DNA of 64,000 nt from IMG/VR virus record IMGVR_UViG_2912874417_000004, positions 32,001 through 96,000 of that record, one strand, 5' to 3'. The notes under the pieces were generated by a model. It did not search any database, was not told the DNA's origin, and worked only from the letters and a program-made list of their open reading frames with translations. A program made the position numbers and the translations under genes. This DNA comes from a virus. Lineage: Duplodnaviria > Caudoviricetes. Positions 11,477 to 21,813 of this stretch are shown here, piece by piece (position 1 is the stretch's first letter; the number at the start of each line of letters is the position of its first letter).

Positions 11477-11854
11477 TTAAACAACTTCACTCCATGACCA
11501 CATGTTCATTGTTTGTAGCGTAAAACCGTCAGGAAGCTTTTTCATTTTTATATTCACATTATATCTCTTCCCAGTGGTCTTATGAATTACAGCAAGTTCT
11601 TCACCATCATAGAACCGCACAATTGCTTCATTAAATTCAATTGGCTGATCAACCACGTAACCTTCTTTGAGCGCTTTGATATACAGATAAGGATCTGTTT
11701 TATAAAGCTCATATAGTCTATTACCAAAGTCTTCGTGTTTATCTCTAAGCAGATTAAAATTAATCAGGGATATGTACAGTTTTTCAGATATGTTCAGCTT
11801 GTTCTTGAAATACCGGATTGCTTCATCTTGTTCTTTGCTTAAAATGTTGATCAT
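11477..11854 (-). CDS. yorC: Hypothetical phage protein, YorC-like
   Basis: 125 aa; syntenic position; recalled similarity. Confidence 0.6.
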   Translation of the reverse strand: MINILSKEQDEAIRYFKNKLNISEKLYISLINFNLLRDKHEDFGNRLYELYKTDPYLYIKALKEGYVVDQPIEFNEAIVRFYDGEELAVIHKTTGKRYNVNIKMKKLPDGFTLQTMNMWSWSEVV

Positions 11855-11911
11855 TTAATCAAGCTCCTTTAAGTATAATGTTTAAGTGTTTTTATATGGG
11901 GGAATACGTGA

Positions 11912-12163
11912 ATGGAGGTGGTTCATTTGGAAAATAATCAGAAAATAACGCTAAACTCTTCTTTCGCGTTATCCACTCTTATTGTCTTACTTATTGCATT
12001 GTTCCCGGCCTATTCCTTTTGGTTTGTCACGATATTCTTTTTAGGATTTGCACTAATATACACATTTCAAAAAAATAAGAGTAAATCCTCAAAATTAATT
12101 GCCATTATCTCTTATCCATTGTTTGTTGTAGCATTAGTTTACAGCATAATAAACAGCATATAA
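11912..12163 (+). CDS. Small membrane protein (about 3 TM), possible immunity protein
   Basis: Three hydrophobic segments; own TATAAT at 11874; convergent with a secreted-protein gene. Confidence 0.65.
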   Translation: MEVVHLENNQKITLNSSFALSTLIVLLIALFPAYSFWFVTIFFLGFALIYTFQKNKSKSSKLIAIISYPLFVVALVYSIINSI

Positions 12164-12165
12164 GA

Positions 12166-12187
12166 ATCCTCCCTTAGGTGGGAGGAT
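12166..12187. terminator. Likely bidirectional terminator hairpin
   Basis: ATCCTCCC-N6-GGGAGGAT between convergent genes. Confidence 0.7.
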
Positions 12188-12193
12188 CATTTT

Positions 12194-12718
12194 TTACATC
12201 ACAGCAACTTTTGGGCCGCCTTTGTCCGTTATGATAAAGCTGTCACTTCCGATTTTTTTCTTTCGATCCTTATCTTCATAAATCGTTACATGGTGCTTGG
12301 TCATTAGAGTTGCCCCTGCCATCTTAAATTCCTGCTTATCCTTAAAGTAAACAATTTTATATTCGCCTAGAATAATCATGTTAGCTAGTCCAGCTAAATA
12401 AGAAGACCATCCCCCTGTAGGCAAATTTAATGCAAATCCTAATGTTTGAACGACAGCAGCAGTTGAATACTTGTCAAACTTGGTATCGCCGTATGTAGTT
12501 CCGGCATCTTGCCAATCATCCGCAGTTGTCGAAAAACCTGGGCTCTTAATATTTGAGGCGGTCTTAAGTACATTGATTGGTTGGTGGTAATTATTGCTTT
12601 CAGTATCTTTCCTACTTTGATTTAGCTCTTTTGCATTTACTCCTGCCCCAAAATCACAAAGCAAACCACTTACGAGTAAAGTTCCAACAACTCCAATTTT
12701 ACCAATGTTGTTTTTCAC
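12194..12718 (-). CDS. Secreted protein with Sec signal peptide and internal hydrophobic hairpin
   Basis: MKNNIGKIGVVGTLLVSG...VNA signal; AAVVQTLGFALNLPTGGWSSYLAGLANMIIL. Confidence 0.7.
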   Translation of the reverse strand: MKNNIGKIGVVGTLLVSGLLCDFGAGVNAKELNQSRKDTESNNYHQPINVLKTASNIKSPGFSTTADDWQDAGTTYGDTKFDKYSTAAVVQTLGFALNLPTGGWSSYLAGLANMIILGEYKIVYFKDKQEFKMAGATLMTKHHVTIYEDKDRKKKIGSDSFIITDKGGPKVAVM

Positions 12719-12830
12719 ACCTAATTCCTCCTCTGAGTGTTTTAATAATATTACACTCAGACATTACCCCAAAAATATCCATATAAATCACTTTCTATTT
12801 AATTTGTTTTCTTTTAAACTACAGTTTTAT

Positions 12831-14573
12831 TTAGACCACAATATCTCCTTCTGCAGTCTTCAGAGTTCCACTATCATATGTGTTATGAATTAAGGTTGTA
12901 TTCTTTGCTTTATCTGTGCAATACGGGTGAGATAATAACTTACCTCCAATTCCACGCGTATCGTTTCTGACGAGCCGTACCTTGTTTGTATTCTCTAAAT
13001 AAACACCATATCCTTGATCTGTTGAACGATTAAACATGATCTCATTATTGTTTAACATGTGTTCTGAACCACCTGTCAGGTGGATAGCAATCAATGACTT
13101 ACAGAAATAAATCTGATTCTTACTGATCTGACAGCTGTATTTCTCGGATGTACCTTTGATTGCAACATTTCTTGGATTATGAATTTCATTTCCGTTGAAG
13201 TACACTTCAGAATCCTTATCCCAAAAGATGCCGTATCCACTTCCGCTTAAGAATAAGTCATTCAACTTTAAACGAACTGATTGAGACCTCTCACAGTAAA
13301 CTCCCCCGTGCACATTTGCAAATTCATTAATAGCAAAACTTACACGGTTAGAATCCATGATTTTAATGGCATAAGCAGATGTTGTATTTCCCCCTTTATT
13401 ATTTGTAACTCTCACATCTTTTGAGTTTCGCACTTGAACTTGTATACAATCGCTGTTTTCAATATGATTATTCGAAATAAAAACATCTTCTGCTTCATGT
13501 GTTGCAATCGGACAAGCCGTTATGTTTTCAAGTATATTGTCCATTACATCAATCCCTTTACCTCTTACACAAATGCCTATTTCAAACCCTCTTACAGTGT
13601 TACCACTGATTTGTACTCTATTTCCTGACTCCGTGCTTGAAACACCCACCGAGTCAATTCCATATTTCTTGGATTTTCCCTTATTAATAATCTTGTTGTC
13701 CTTAACACTGACATCCGTGCTATATCCATAGGAAATAACATGGTCACTGTAGTTTCCTTCAATAATTACCTTGCCGCTTGTGTGCGCTGTAACGGATCCA
13801 CGTCCATTGTTTTTAAACCTGCAGTTTCGCACAGTTAATTTATACGGGTGATCGTATTTAATTCCGTTTTCTCCAAAACCCTCTAAATCAATTCCTAATT
13901 GTGGCCCAATTGTATCTCCTCCAGCTTCTTCTATATCACAGTCATCGACAAGAAGACCTTCACAACCATTGGTAGCCAGATTATTTCTTCTTCCTCTTAA
14001 AAGCGTACACTTTCGAACGGTTACATTCTTTGAGGGCGTATATGTTCCTGAAGTGTTCATCATTCCATCAGCCGCTATCCAAATGTTGTCTCCAATACAG
14101 TCAGAAACTTGTACATTTTCAATTAGCACATTGCTACCTCCATTAACATGGATACCAAAGCCCCATTCATGCGTCTTCTTAATTGAGGTAATTTTTGAAT
14201 AATCATGCTCATGTCGATCCCCAATAATTTGACCGCCACGAATCGTAACATTACTTGCTTGGCCGATATAAAAACAGGAGTAACCCTGATAATCATTTGG
14301 CTGCACTTTAAATATAGCCTCTGGATGAAGTATTAGCTCAATATTCGAAGGAACATTGATACCTCCACCGAATTCAGGTAACCGCTTTGTTGTATTCACA
14401 GCATCGATCAAATAGATACCTTTTGGAATATGTACTTTATAAAATGATTTTGAGCTTGCGTATTCTAAAGCTCGGTTTAATCCTTCTGTTGTTTCAATTG
14501 CATTTGACCCTTTATCATCAATTCCCCAATCCAGAGCATCAACAAAATAGTATAAGGGCTGTTGCATGTTCAT
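12831..14573 (-). CDS. yorA: Right-handed parallel beta-helix (pectin lyase-like) protein
   Basis: Repeating N/I/V-x-I-x-N beta-helix motifs; N-terminal IPKGIYLI. Confidence 0.85.
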   Translation of the reverse strand: MNMQQPLYYFVDALDWGIDDKGSNAIETTEGLNRALEYASSKSFYKVHIPKGIYLIDAVNTTKRLPEFGGGINVPSNIELILHPEAIFKVQPNDYQGYSCFYIGQASNVTIRGGQIIGDRHEHDYSKITSIKKTHEWGFGIHVNGGSNVLIENVQVSDCIGDNIWIAADGMMNTSGTYTPSKNVTVRKCTLLRGRRNNLATNGCEGLLVDDCDIEEAGGDTIGPQLGIDLEGFGENGIKYDHPYKLTVRNCRFKNNGRGSVTAHTSGKVIIEGNYSDHVISYGYSTDVSVKDNKIINKGKSKKYGIDSVGVSSTESGNRVQISGNTVRGFEIGICVRGKGIDVMDNILENITACPIATHEAEDVFISNNHIENSDCIQVQVRNSKDVRVTNNKGGNTTSAYAIKIMDSNRVSFAINEFANVHGGVYCERSQSVRLKLNDLFLSGSGYGIFWDKDSEVYFNGNEIHNPRNVAIKGTSEKYSCQISKNQIYFCKSLIAIHLTGGSEHMLNNNEIMFNRSTDQGYGVYLENTNKVRLVRNDTRGIGGKLLSHPYCTDKAKNTTLIHNTYDSGTLKTAEGDIVV

Positions 14574-15394
14574 GTTGTCAAACCCTTCCCTTCTACATTT
14601 TCATTGAGAAACCCTGATAGAGTGTCAATGAAGTTATAAAAGGTCTCATTTCTTGTACCAGAGCGTCCTTTCAGAGAAAAGGTGTTGAACATTGATTTGC
14701 GTAGTCCAGTGCTCAATTCCAGTTGAATGCTCTTTCCTGTTTTATTTTTATTGGCAACATTATTTGGACTGCTACCGGATAGCCTCGTACCCTCATCAAG
14801 AAGCTCTGCAGAATAGCCGGCATTATTTAATGTGCTTGTTATCGCTTCAGCTTTGTCCCGGTCTGTGCCGCCAACTAAAACATGTTGATCATTACTTGCA
14901 TAACCGTGAAGTGACAATGTGAACTCATGCCCCTTCAACATTTCAAGCGCTTGTGGTTCATCAAAATTCGTACTGGTTAAATGCAAATCAAAGGCTCCTG
15001 GTGTCTTTAAAGCTTCAAAAAGATATGTAGAGTATGTTTCGCTTAATTCCTTTGTAAGCTCGCTTGTTCCCCCTTCTATACCACCTCCATGGGGAGCAAG
15101 AATTAATACATCAGTGTCCTGCTCTTTTGAAAATATGCTAAAATTGAACGGTGATTCATTCGCTTTAAGCTCTTCAAAGTTCCGATACTTGTCCGCTGCT
15201 AAAATACTCACTGGATTCAAGGATGAAACCAAAGCTGTCACCAAAATTGGAAAAGTCTTCTTAACTGTGCTATACTTTAATAGCTTCGTAGTGATACGAT
15301 GCCTGCAGAGGAGGTGTGACCCGCCAAAGTTGCCCTTCTCTGCTCCTTTAATCTTTTTTAACAAATCCTCTATTCTGTTTTTAATCCTTAACAA
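14570..15394 (-). CDS. yoqZ: Poly-gamma-glutamate hydrolase (PghP/DUF867 family)
   Basis: APHGGGIEGGTSE, HLTSTNFDEP, LSLHG, IQLELS. Confidence 0.88.
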   Translation of the reverse strand: MLRIKNRIEDLLKKIKGAEKGNFGGSHLLCRHRITTKLLKYSTVKKTFPILVTALVSSLNPVSILAADKYRNFEELKANESPFNFSIFSKEQDTDVLILAPHGGGIEGGTSELTKELSETYSTYLFEALKTPGAFDLHLTSTNFDEPQALEMLKGHEFTLSLHGYASNDQHVLVGGTDRDKAEAITSTLNNAGYSAELLDEGTRLSGSSPNNVANKNKTGKSIQLELSTGLRKSMFNTFSLKGRSGTRNETFYNFIDTLSGFLNENVEGKGLTT

Positions 15395-15567
15395 TTAATA
15401 ACCACTCCTTTTTATTTTTGTTTTATTCTTAAAACTCAAATCACATAGGTAACTCACATTGTTATCACCCCCTTATAATCAACTTCATCTTTTTCAATTA
15501 CTTTTTCACATTCGCTGCAAAAGCAAGTAAACATTTTCACTCATCCTCTTTCTGTAAAATATCGTTT

Positions 15568-16008
15568 TTATTTAGACTCTATAAGCTCAGGATCTTCATA
15601 AATGTTGCCGATGACTTCTAAATCGACATTTGCTACAAATACAGTCATCATACCTTTATTGATTCGCTTGAATCTAAAACCTGGTACCTCTTTTGTCCAA
15701 TAAACTCCATCTGATGAATAATCAGCTACCTCTTCCTGCCAAAAAACTTCTAATAACTCATTTGAATATCTACGATGATTCCTTACAACGTCCCCCTCGT
15801 AAATCTCACGACCGTTTTTGTCCTTCAATCCGGTGTATTGCCCAACTGTTTCCGGCCTGACACTGTAAGCAAATGGAATACCAGCTTTATTAGAGATATA
15901 AGAACCAGATTCAATACCCATGCTCTTGATTCTTTGCTTAATGATTGATAAATTGCCGTAATACCATTCTCCGTTGATGCCCATTCCTCGAAACTTAATT
16001 TCCCTCAT
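15568..16008 (-). CDS. YopX-family protein
   Basis: MREIKFRG...GQYTGLKDKNGREIYEGD...EVIGNIYEDPELI. Confidence 0.9.
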   Translation of the reverse strand: MREIKFRGMGINGEWYYGNLSIIKQRIKSMGIESGSYISNKAGIPFAYSVRPETVGQYTGLKDKNGREIYEGDVVRNHRRYSNELLEVFWQEEVADYSSDGVYWTKEVPGFRFKRINKGMMTVFVANVDLEVIGNIYEDPELIESK

Positions 16009-16013
16009 TCTCC

Positions 16014-16220
16014 TTACCTCCCGTCCATTGGTCTAACATTTTCAAAATCCTCTATTTCATCAACATATTCAACGTATTCTATTTCGATATTTCCCGCGGC
16101 ATCTTCATGCACCCATACTTCCATTTCGGCTACCGCTTTCACTTTCGCTTTGTATCTCATTATCATTACCTCCATATTCAATTTACTTTTATCCTTATAA
16201 AATCTCTGTTTTATCTTCAT
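16014..16220 (-). CDS. Small hypothetical protein
   Basis: ORF with GGAGG RBS before internal Met (MIMRYKAK). Confidence 0.5.
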   Translation of the reverse strand: MKIKQRFYKDKSKLNMEVMIMRYKAKVKAVAEMEVWVHEDAAGNIEIEYVEYVDEIEDFENVRPMDGR

Positions 16221-16503
16221 CGAAGTTATCTCCCCTCACTAACCACCATACACTTATTTTATTTTTATCAAATAAATCAATTATGTAAGACTCGTACATG
16301 TCATCCCAATAAGGATCAGTTCTCGCTATGTATTTCTTTACTCTTCCGTTCTCCTCAATCTTGAAGGTTTGCCCCTTTTGAATATCAGTAAACTTTTTCT
16401 TTCTCCAGATTCCTCTAATCAACACATCTACTTCTTTTACCTCAACTTTTTGCCGCTGCATAACATTCCTCCTTTTTGATTTTCGTGTATCAAGCCTGTA
16501 CAA
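16195..16503 (-). CDS. YoqX-like hypothetical protein (probable start 16461)
   Basis: AGGAGG RBS before [10 protein letters not shown]; adjacent to the SRAP gene. Confidence 0.55.
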   Translation of the reverse strand: MYRLDTRKSKRRNVMQRQKVEVKEVDVLIRGIWRKKKFTDIQKGQTFKIEENGRVKKYIARTDPYWDDMYESYIIDLFDKNKISVWWLVRGDNFDEDKTEIL

Positions 16504-16533
16504 TATTCAAAAAACCCTAAAGGATGATGAAAC

Positions 16534-17208
16534 ATGTGTGGCAGGTTCACTTTATTTTCTGAGTTTGACGACATCATCGAACAGTTCAATATAGATCAAT
16601 TTTTGTCTGAAGATGAATACTATCCAAGTTATAACGTTGCTCCTTCACAAAACATCCTTACAATCATCAACGACGGATCAAACAACCGTATGGGTAAGCT
16701 AAGATGGGGTCTTATTCCTCCCTGGTCTAAGGATGAAAAGATCGGCTATAAAATGATCAATGCTCGAGCTGAAACATTGGCCGAGAAACCTAGCTTCAGA
16801 AAACCGCTTGTAAGCAAACGCTGCATTATCCCAGCGGACAGTTTTTATGAATGGAAACGTCTCGATCCGAAGACTAAGATTCCTATGCGGATTAAGCTCA
16901 AATCCTCCAATCTCTTTGCATTTGCCGGCTTATATGAAAAGTGGAATACACCTAAAGGTAATCCGTTGTACACCTGTACAATCATCACGACAAAACCCAA
17001 TGAGCTTATGGAAGACATTCATGATCGGATGCCAGTGATCCTTACTGATGAGAACAAAAAGGAATGGCTTAACCCCAAAAACACCGACCCTGATTATCTT
17101 CAAAGCTTACTGCTACCGTATGACTCTGATGACATGGAAGCATATCAGGTTTCATCTTTAGTTAACTCACCTAAAAACAACTCACCGGAGCTCATTGAAT
17201 CCCATTAA
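16534..17208 (+). CDS. yoqW: SOS response-associated peptidase (SRAP/HMCES, abasic-site protection)
   Basis: N-terminal MCGRF, INARAET, FYEW, IHDRMPVIL. Confidence 0.95.
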   Translation: MCGRFTLFSEFDDIIEQFNIDQFLSEDEYYPSYNVAPSQNILTIINDGSNNRMGKLRWGLIPPWSKDEKIGYKMINARAETLAEKPSFRKPLVSKRCIIPADSFYEWKRLDPKTKIPMRIKLKSSNLFAFAGLYEKWNTPKGNPLYTCTIITTKPNELMEDIHDRMPVILTDENKKEWLNPKNTDPDYLQSLLLPYDSDDMEAYQVSSLVNSPKNNSPELIESH

Positions 17209-17277
17209 GTACCACAGTCATTTTGCTTTATATATCACCTTCGCTTAGCTATTATGTTCTAAGTAGGAGGTGATATT

Positions 17278-18090
17278 TTGTTTGTATCGCCAATGTTATT
17301 ACATTCAATCAAAGAACCATTTGATGATGATAGTTATATTACTGAGCTGAAATTTGATGGAATTAGACTGATCCTCTCCAAGTTTAATGATCAGATAAAG
17401 CTTTATACTCGTCACAATAATGAGGTAACAAGCAAGTTCCCAGAACTGTTGGATCTTGATATACCCAATGGAACTGTTTTAGACGGTGAAATCATTGCAG
17501 CTGCCCCAGGTGGTGCTCCTGATTTTGAAGCTGTAATGGAACGCTTTATGTCTAAGAAATCAGCTCATAAGGTGGTTTATTGTGTATTCGATGTAATCTA
17601 TATTGACGGGTATTCAATCGCTAATAAGCCGCTCACTGAACGTAAGAGTATGCTTTCAGACCTAAACCTTGACCACGATAATGTCTTTGTGATCGAAGGC
17701 CTGCAAGGAAACGGATTAGCTTATTTTAATCTGGCCAAAGAAAAGAATCTTGAAGGAATCGTACTAAAGAAAGCTAACTCCCCTTATGAAATCAATAAAC
17801 GTTCCCATAGCTGGCTGAAAGTGATTAATTATGATTACACAGATGTGCTTATCACTGGCTACACCAAAGAGGATATAAAGTTTCTTCTGTCTTATCCTGA
17901 TGGCACTGCAGCTGGATTTATGGAATTCATGCCGAATGCGGAACGAAGCGAGTTCCACTCTATAAAACAAGTAAAGTCTGAATCTGATGAATATGTATTT
18001 GTAGAACCGATCTTATGTAAGGTTAAGCACAGATTTAAGACTAAGCATGGTAAACTCCGCATACCTTCCTTTGAATCCTGGAGAGTCTAA
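17278..18090 (+). CDS. ligB: ATP-dependent DNA ligase
   Basis: ELKFDGIR, LDGE, EGIVLK, WLKV. Confidence 0.93.
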   Translation: MFVSPMLLHSIKEPFDDDSYITELKFDGIRLILSKFNDQIKLYTRHNNEVTSKFPELLDLDIPNGTVLDGEIIAAAPGGAPDFEAVMERFMSKKSAHKVVYCVFDVIYIDGYSIANKPLTERKSMLSDLNLDHDNVFVIEGLQGNGLAYFNLAKEKNLEGIVLKKANSPYEINKRSHSWLKVINYDYTDVLITGYTKEDIKFLLSYPDGTAAGFMEFMPNAERSEFHSIKQVKSESDEYVFVEPILCKVKHRFKTKHGKLRIPSFESWRV

Positions 18091-18465
18091 TCTCTCCGTT
18101 ACATAATTCCTTAGTGACTCGCCATTACACACCAAATGAAAATTTAGTACATGGATCAATTAGATAATTTATCGTTAAAATAACTATTTTATTTTTATTC
18201 ATAAATAATCACCAAATGTCATAGCCTACAAAATCATTCAAAAAAATTCGTCATTCCCTCATCCTCTTCTACTGTCAATCCATATTCATCAAGCCTGCTT
18301 AAATAATCTTCTCGTTCTTGTTTGATCATTTTTTCACCTCTTTTTTATTTTTTTCAATTCTTTTTTGATTTTCATATTGCTTTTCACTCTTTTATTAATA
18401 GATGCGTGTCATACACATGCCATCTAAGAGAGATAGGACATTTTTGTCTCGGGAGGTGAAATGCA

Positions 18466-18618
18466 ATGAAAATTCTTATGGATCTCTTCACAACTTGGAT
18501 TTTTGATAAAGTCATGGATTATTCACTAGGTGCTATAATTTGGTTTGTATTCAAGTCCAAGTCAAAGCAGAATGAGTATCCCGAAGACTTTGAGGAAAAG
18601 CGTCGATTCAGACTTTAA
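18466..18618 (+). CDS. 50-aa small protein, YoqT-like
   Basis: Read manually: GGAGGTG RBS then MKILMDLFTTWIFDKVMDYSLGAIIWFVFKSKSKQNEYPEDFEEKRRFRL. Confidence 0.6.
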   Translation: MKILMDLFTTWIFDKVMDYSLGAIIWFVFKSKSKQNEYPEDFEEKRRFRL

Positions 18619-19118
18619 ATTAACTGACTCGTATTCTGATCGCTATCGCCGAGTGTAATGACTTCCGTAAATGCCACCTGCTCGACCGGCTTGATAACGG
18701 CTTGCGCGATGCGATCGCCTTTTCGGATGATGTACGAACCTTTCGCAAAATGATCCCAAGCTCCGAGGTAATCGAGAGCACTGACGATTTTATCTCTGAT
18801 ATCGAAAAGAAAGTCCTTTTCAATATCTGTATAACGATTTATATTGTCGACGATTACTCCGACCTCTCCTCGATAGCCCGAATCAACTGTTCCGAGTTGC
18901 ACACGCAGTCTAGTATTCAGCGTAATGCCTGATCGCGGACGGATTTGCATTTCGTATCCCTCCGGAATCTCGAACGCCAAACCCGTCGGCACAAGCTCTG
19001 CCCAGCCCGGTTCGATAATAACGTCCTCTGACGCCACTAAATCGAAGCCGGCGTCCGTTGCGTGCGCATAAGCCGGAATCTGTGCGTCCGGTGATAACCG
19101 TTTAATATTTACGTTCAT
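18615..19118 (-). CDS. dut: Trimeric-type dUTPase lacking C-terminal motif V
   Basis: AGFDL, RPRSG, GTVDSGYRGE, DRIAQ present; ends GDSDQNTSQLI instead of RGxxGFGSTG. Confidence 0.85.
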   Translation of the reverse strand: MNVNIKRLSPDAQIPAYAHATDAGFDLVASEDVIIEPGWAELVPTGLAFEIPEGYEMQIRPRSGITLNTRLRVQLGTVDSGYRGEVGVIVDNINRYTDIEKDFLFDIRDKIVSALDYLGAWDHFAKGSYIIRKGDRIAQAVIKPVEQVAFTEVITLGDSDQNTSQLI

Positions 19119-19158
19119 TTCGTTTCCTCCTAATAACTGATTAAAAATTATCTTTTAT

Positions 19159-19467
19159 CTAGACTTGTTCAGCTCTCTCTATCATCTCTACAAGCTCTTG
19201 TGCCTTGTTTAATTTTCTGCTGTAGTCTTCAACTTCTTTCTTCGCGATTGCCATTTTATCAAATAAAACGCGCCAGTTTCCATTAGGATTTCTGCTGAAT
19301 GATTTAACAATTAGGCCATTAAACCAGACGTCTAAAATTAGTCTGCTCTCACTTGTTTCAGGTTTATGACCAAAGGCAGCATCTTTATTATTACCGGCAT
19401 AAACAATTTGTTTATTTATTTCATATAGATAATTTTCAGTTTCTTTTGTAACTACATATGTATTCAT
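19159..19467 (-). CDS. Hypothetical protein
   Basis: ORF track, RBS. Confidence 0.65.
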   Translation of the reverse strand: MNTYVVTKETENYLYEINKQIVYAGNNKDAAFGHKPETSESRLILDVWFNGLIVKSFSRNPNGNWRVLFDKMAIAKKEVEDYSRKLNKAQELVEMIERAEQV

Positions 19468-19478
19468 TTTCCCACCCC

Positions 19479-20003
19479 TTATAGATTGTATTGACTGTCT
19501 TTAATTGAATTCCAATCAAACGTTTCAAGTATGTTAAGCAACTGCTCTACTTTTGGTGCCCTCCAAGCTGTCATTGCATAAGTATGAGCTTCTGAAGTGT
19601 AGTGATGCTTGTTCAAATTGATGTGGCTTTTCGCTTCTTCTTTGGTCAAAAACATTGTATCCGGCCGTACAATATGAACCTTTCTTTCTGGAATTAATTC
19701 TGCTTCTTCATCAATGTATTTTTGAATCCACTCAATAGGATCATCAAAGTCGTCATTTTTCAACTCTGTTAATGCTTCCTTAGATAGCTCACTATCTTCT
19801 TTTAAATCTTCTAAATAATCATCTAAAACATATGCTTCTGCAATATATGGCAGGTATACAGAATACCGTTCTGCATTTTCCTCTCGAGCTTCGACCCATT
19901 CATAATCACCAACTGTCCAGAAACGTGGTGCAGCTTGTCCGTCGTTGTCTTGATTTTTCAACTCTTGCTGAAGTTCTTTTAAAAACTGAATATCTTGATT
20001 CAT
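19479..20003 (-). CDS. Hypothetical acidic phage protein
   Basis: ORF track, AGGAGG RBS. Confidence 0.7.
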   Translation of the reverse strand: MNQDIQFLKELQQELKNQDNDGQAAPRFWTVGDYEWVEAREENAERYSVYLPYIAEAYVLDDYLEDLKEDSELSKEALTELKNDDFDDPIEWIQKYIDEEAELIPERKVHIVRPDTMFLTKEEAKSHINLNKHHYTSEAHTYAMTAWRAPKVEQLLNILETFDWNSIKDSQYNL

Positions 20004-20329
20004 TCGTTTCCTCCTATTCTGTTTAAAATCACGATTTTATGTAGACTAAACCTTTTTCTTGCTGTCATGCGTTCACACTTTTGGGTAAAATACTAATCTG
20101 TTAACATTAATAACTCATCAACTTTATAATTGTATTCACCGTATTCACCCGATCTCCATTTAACACCTACAGTGCCTTGATTTGTCACCCACAATATAAT
20201 TCCCATTTCCCCATTTTCATGCCATCTTACTTGCTGCCCTTTCTGATAACCAAGCATGTTTCCACCCCTTTCTTAAAAAGCATTTTAATTTAACTTTAAT
20301 GTGTATTGCCTTGAGAAAATCCCCTTTAA

Positions 20330-20746
20330 TTGGTAAACTCATACCTAACTTACATACGAGTGGGTGATTCCTTGAATAAAACAATCGGTATTACTGGATT
20401 AATCATCAGCATAGTAGTGCAATCATTTTCGGTAGATGATTCGCTAACCCAAAAGATTGCTACGGGTTTGTTATTTGTATCAATAATTATCTATAATTTT
20501 GAACATGCTAAAGATTATTCTATAAAGTCACTTGTAATTTTAGGTGTTTCCTTTATTGTTTTTATGTTAGGGATTTATAAAATCCTCTCTATTACCAGCG
20601 ATTACTTTGAAAAGCTTAATGTGAATTATGGATACATCCTCTTATTTGAAATAGCATTGATTATTGCATTAGTGTCGATTGCAGTAAACGTAATGAAGTA
20701 CATTGCGAATCGGTTAAAGAAATCACCTGATGGTAAAGAGCTTTGA
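20330..20746 (+). CDS. yoqO: YoqO-like membrane protein (probable start 20372)
   Basis: Four hydrophobic segments; syntenic, opposite strand. Confidence 0.6.
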   Translation: MVNSYLTYIRVGDSLNKTIGITGLIISIVVQSFSVDDSLTQKIATGLLFVSIIIYNFEHAKDYSIKSLVILGVSFIVFMLGIYKILSITSDYFEKLNVNYGYILLFEIALIIALVSIAVNVMKYIANRLKKSPDGKEL

Positions 20747-20759
20747 CTCTTTGCCGTTT

Positions 20760-20990
20760 TTAAGCTAAATACTTCTTCTTATGTGGTCTTCTATGTACAA
20801 AATCAAACGCAATATCGACTTGTGCCGGTTCCTTCTCCTCTGCTACTCGCTCTGTAACAACAATCAGTTGTCCATTTTCCTGGCGGTCAATGCTATGGAC
20901 TGAATATCCTTTAGCAGCGTAATATTCACCAATAATCTCATCAACGTGGTTGCTAAGCAGATTCCTCTTTATCATCTTTATAACCTCCAT
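20760..20990 (-). CDS. YoqN-like hypothetical protein
   Basis: ORF track; position next to the yoqO-like gene. Confidence 0.55.
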   Translation of the reverse strand: MEVIKMIKRNLLSNHVDEIIGEYYAAKGYSVHSIDRQENGQLIVVTERVAEEKEPAQVDIAFDFVHRRPHKKKYLA

Positions 20991-21177
20991 TTATTTTATT
21001 TTTATCCTTTAAATATTTATATGTATTCCATCCGCAGCCATCAAATATGCTTATATCCGCTCCAAGATGCCATCTAAACCAAACTAAGTTAAACCAAGCT
21101 GTATCAATTATGTGCTTTAAATAACCTATATGCCTTCCTCCTTACAATGAAATAATCCTTTTATTTTGTTTTTTTTA

Positions 21178-21795
21178 TTAAAATAGCTTACTGTATCTAT
21201 TCGTTTTCTCAAGTCCGCAAATCTCACAGACGCATTCCTGCTCATAGCTGTTGTTTCCAACCTGTTCCTCGTCATTCTTATACCATTCATGCTTACATTG
21301 TTTTTGCAGTTCACTTTTTTGTTTAACTAATGGTTCGATTTTTTCCTTTTTAAATTCTCTAATTTCTTTTTCAAACTGCTCGATTTTCTCGTTAACTTTA
21401 TCTAATTCTTCAATTAACATTTCTTCGTCTTTAAACGGATTTTCAGATAGCAGTTCCCAGTCTTGCTCTAACTCTCCTAACGTTTCATTGTCATACCCAT
21501 TAAATACATTGTCATATAGTTTGAGCTTATAATACATTTCCCCAAGCATATGAGTATAACTAATAAGCTCAGCAAAGCTTCCAGTTCTTTTATTTTTAAA
21601 ATATAGCTCTAATGGTAAGACGGGTACAACAGGACGTTTGTCTGTGTAAATAATCTCTACCTCATCTTGCGTTTGTTTTTCTAATACATGTCTACCGTCT
21701 CCGGCAACCCCTCTATACGTATACTTTTCCTGATTTAAATAGCATTTTTCACCTGGATTTAATTTGTTGTCTAACAATACTTCATGAAGTTTCAT
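21178..21795 (-). CDS. Hypothetical protein with coiled coil and C-terminal Zn ribbon
   Basis: CKHEW...CVCEIC. Confidence 0.7.
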   Translation of the reverse strand: MKLHEVLLDNKLNPGEKCYLNQEKYTYRGVAGDGRHVLEKQTQDEVEIIYTDKRPVVPVLPLELYFKNKRTGSFAELISYTHMLGEMYYKLKLYDNVFNGYDNETLGELEQDWELLSENPFKDEEMLIEELDKVNEKIEQFEKEIREFKKEKIEPLVKQKSELQKQCKHEWYKNDEEQVGNNSYEQECVCEICGLEKTNRYSKLF

Positions 21796-21813
21796 TTGAT
21801 AATGTCTCCTTTT

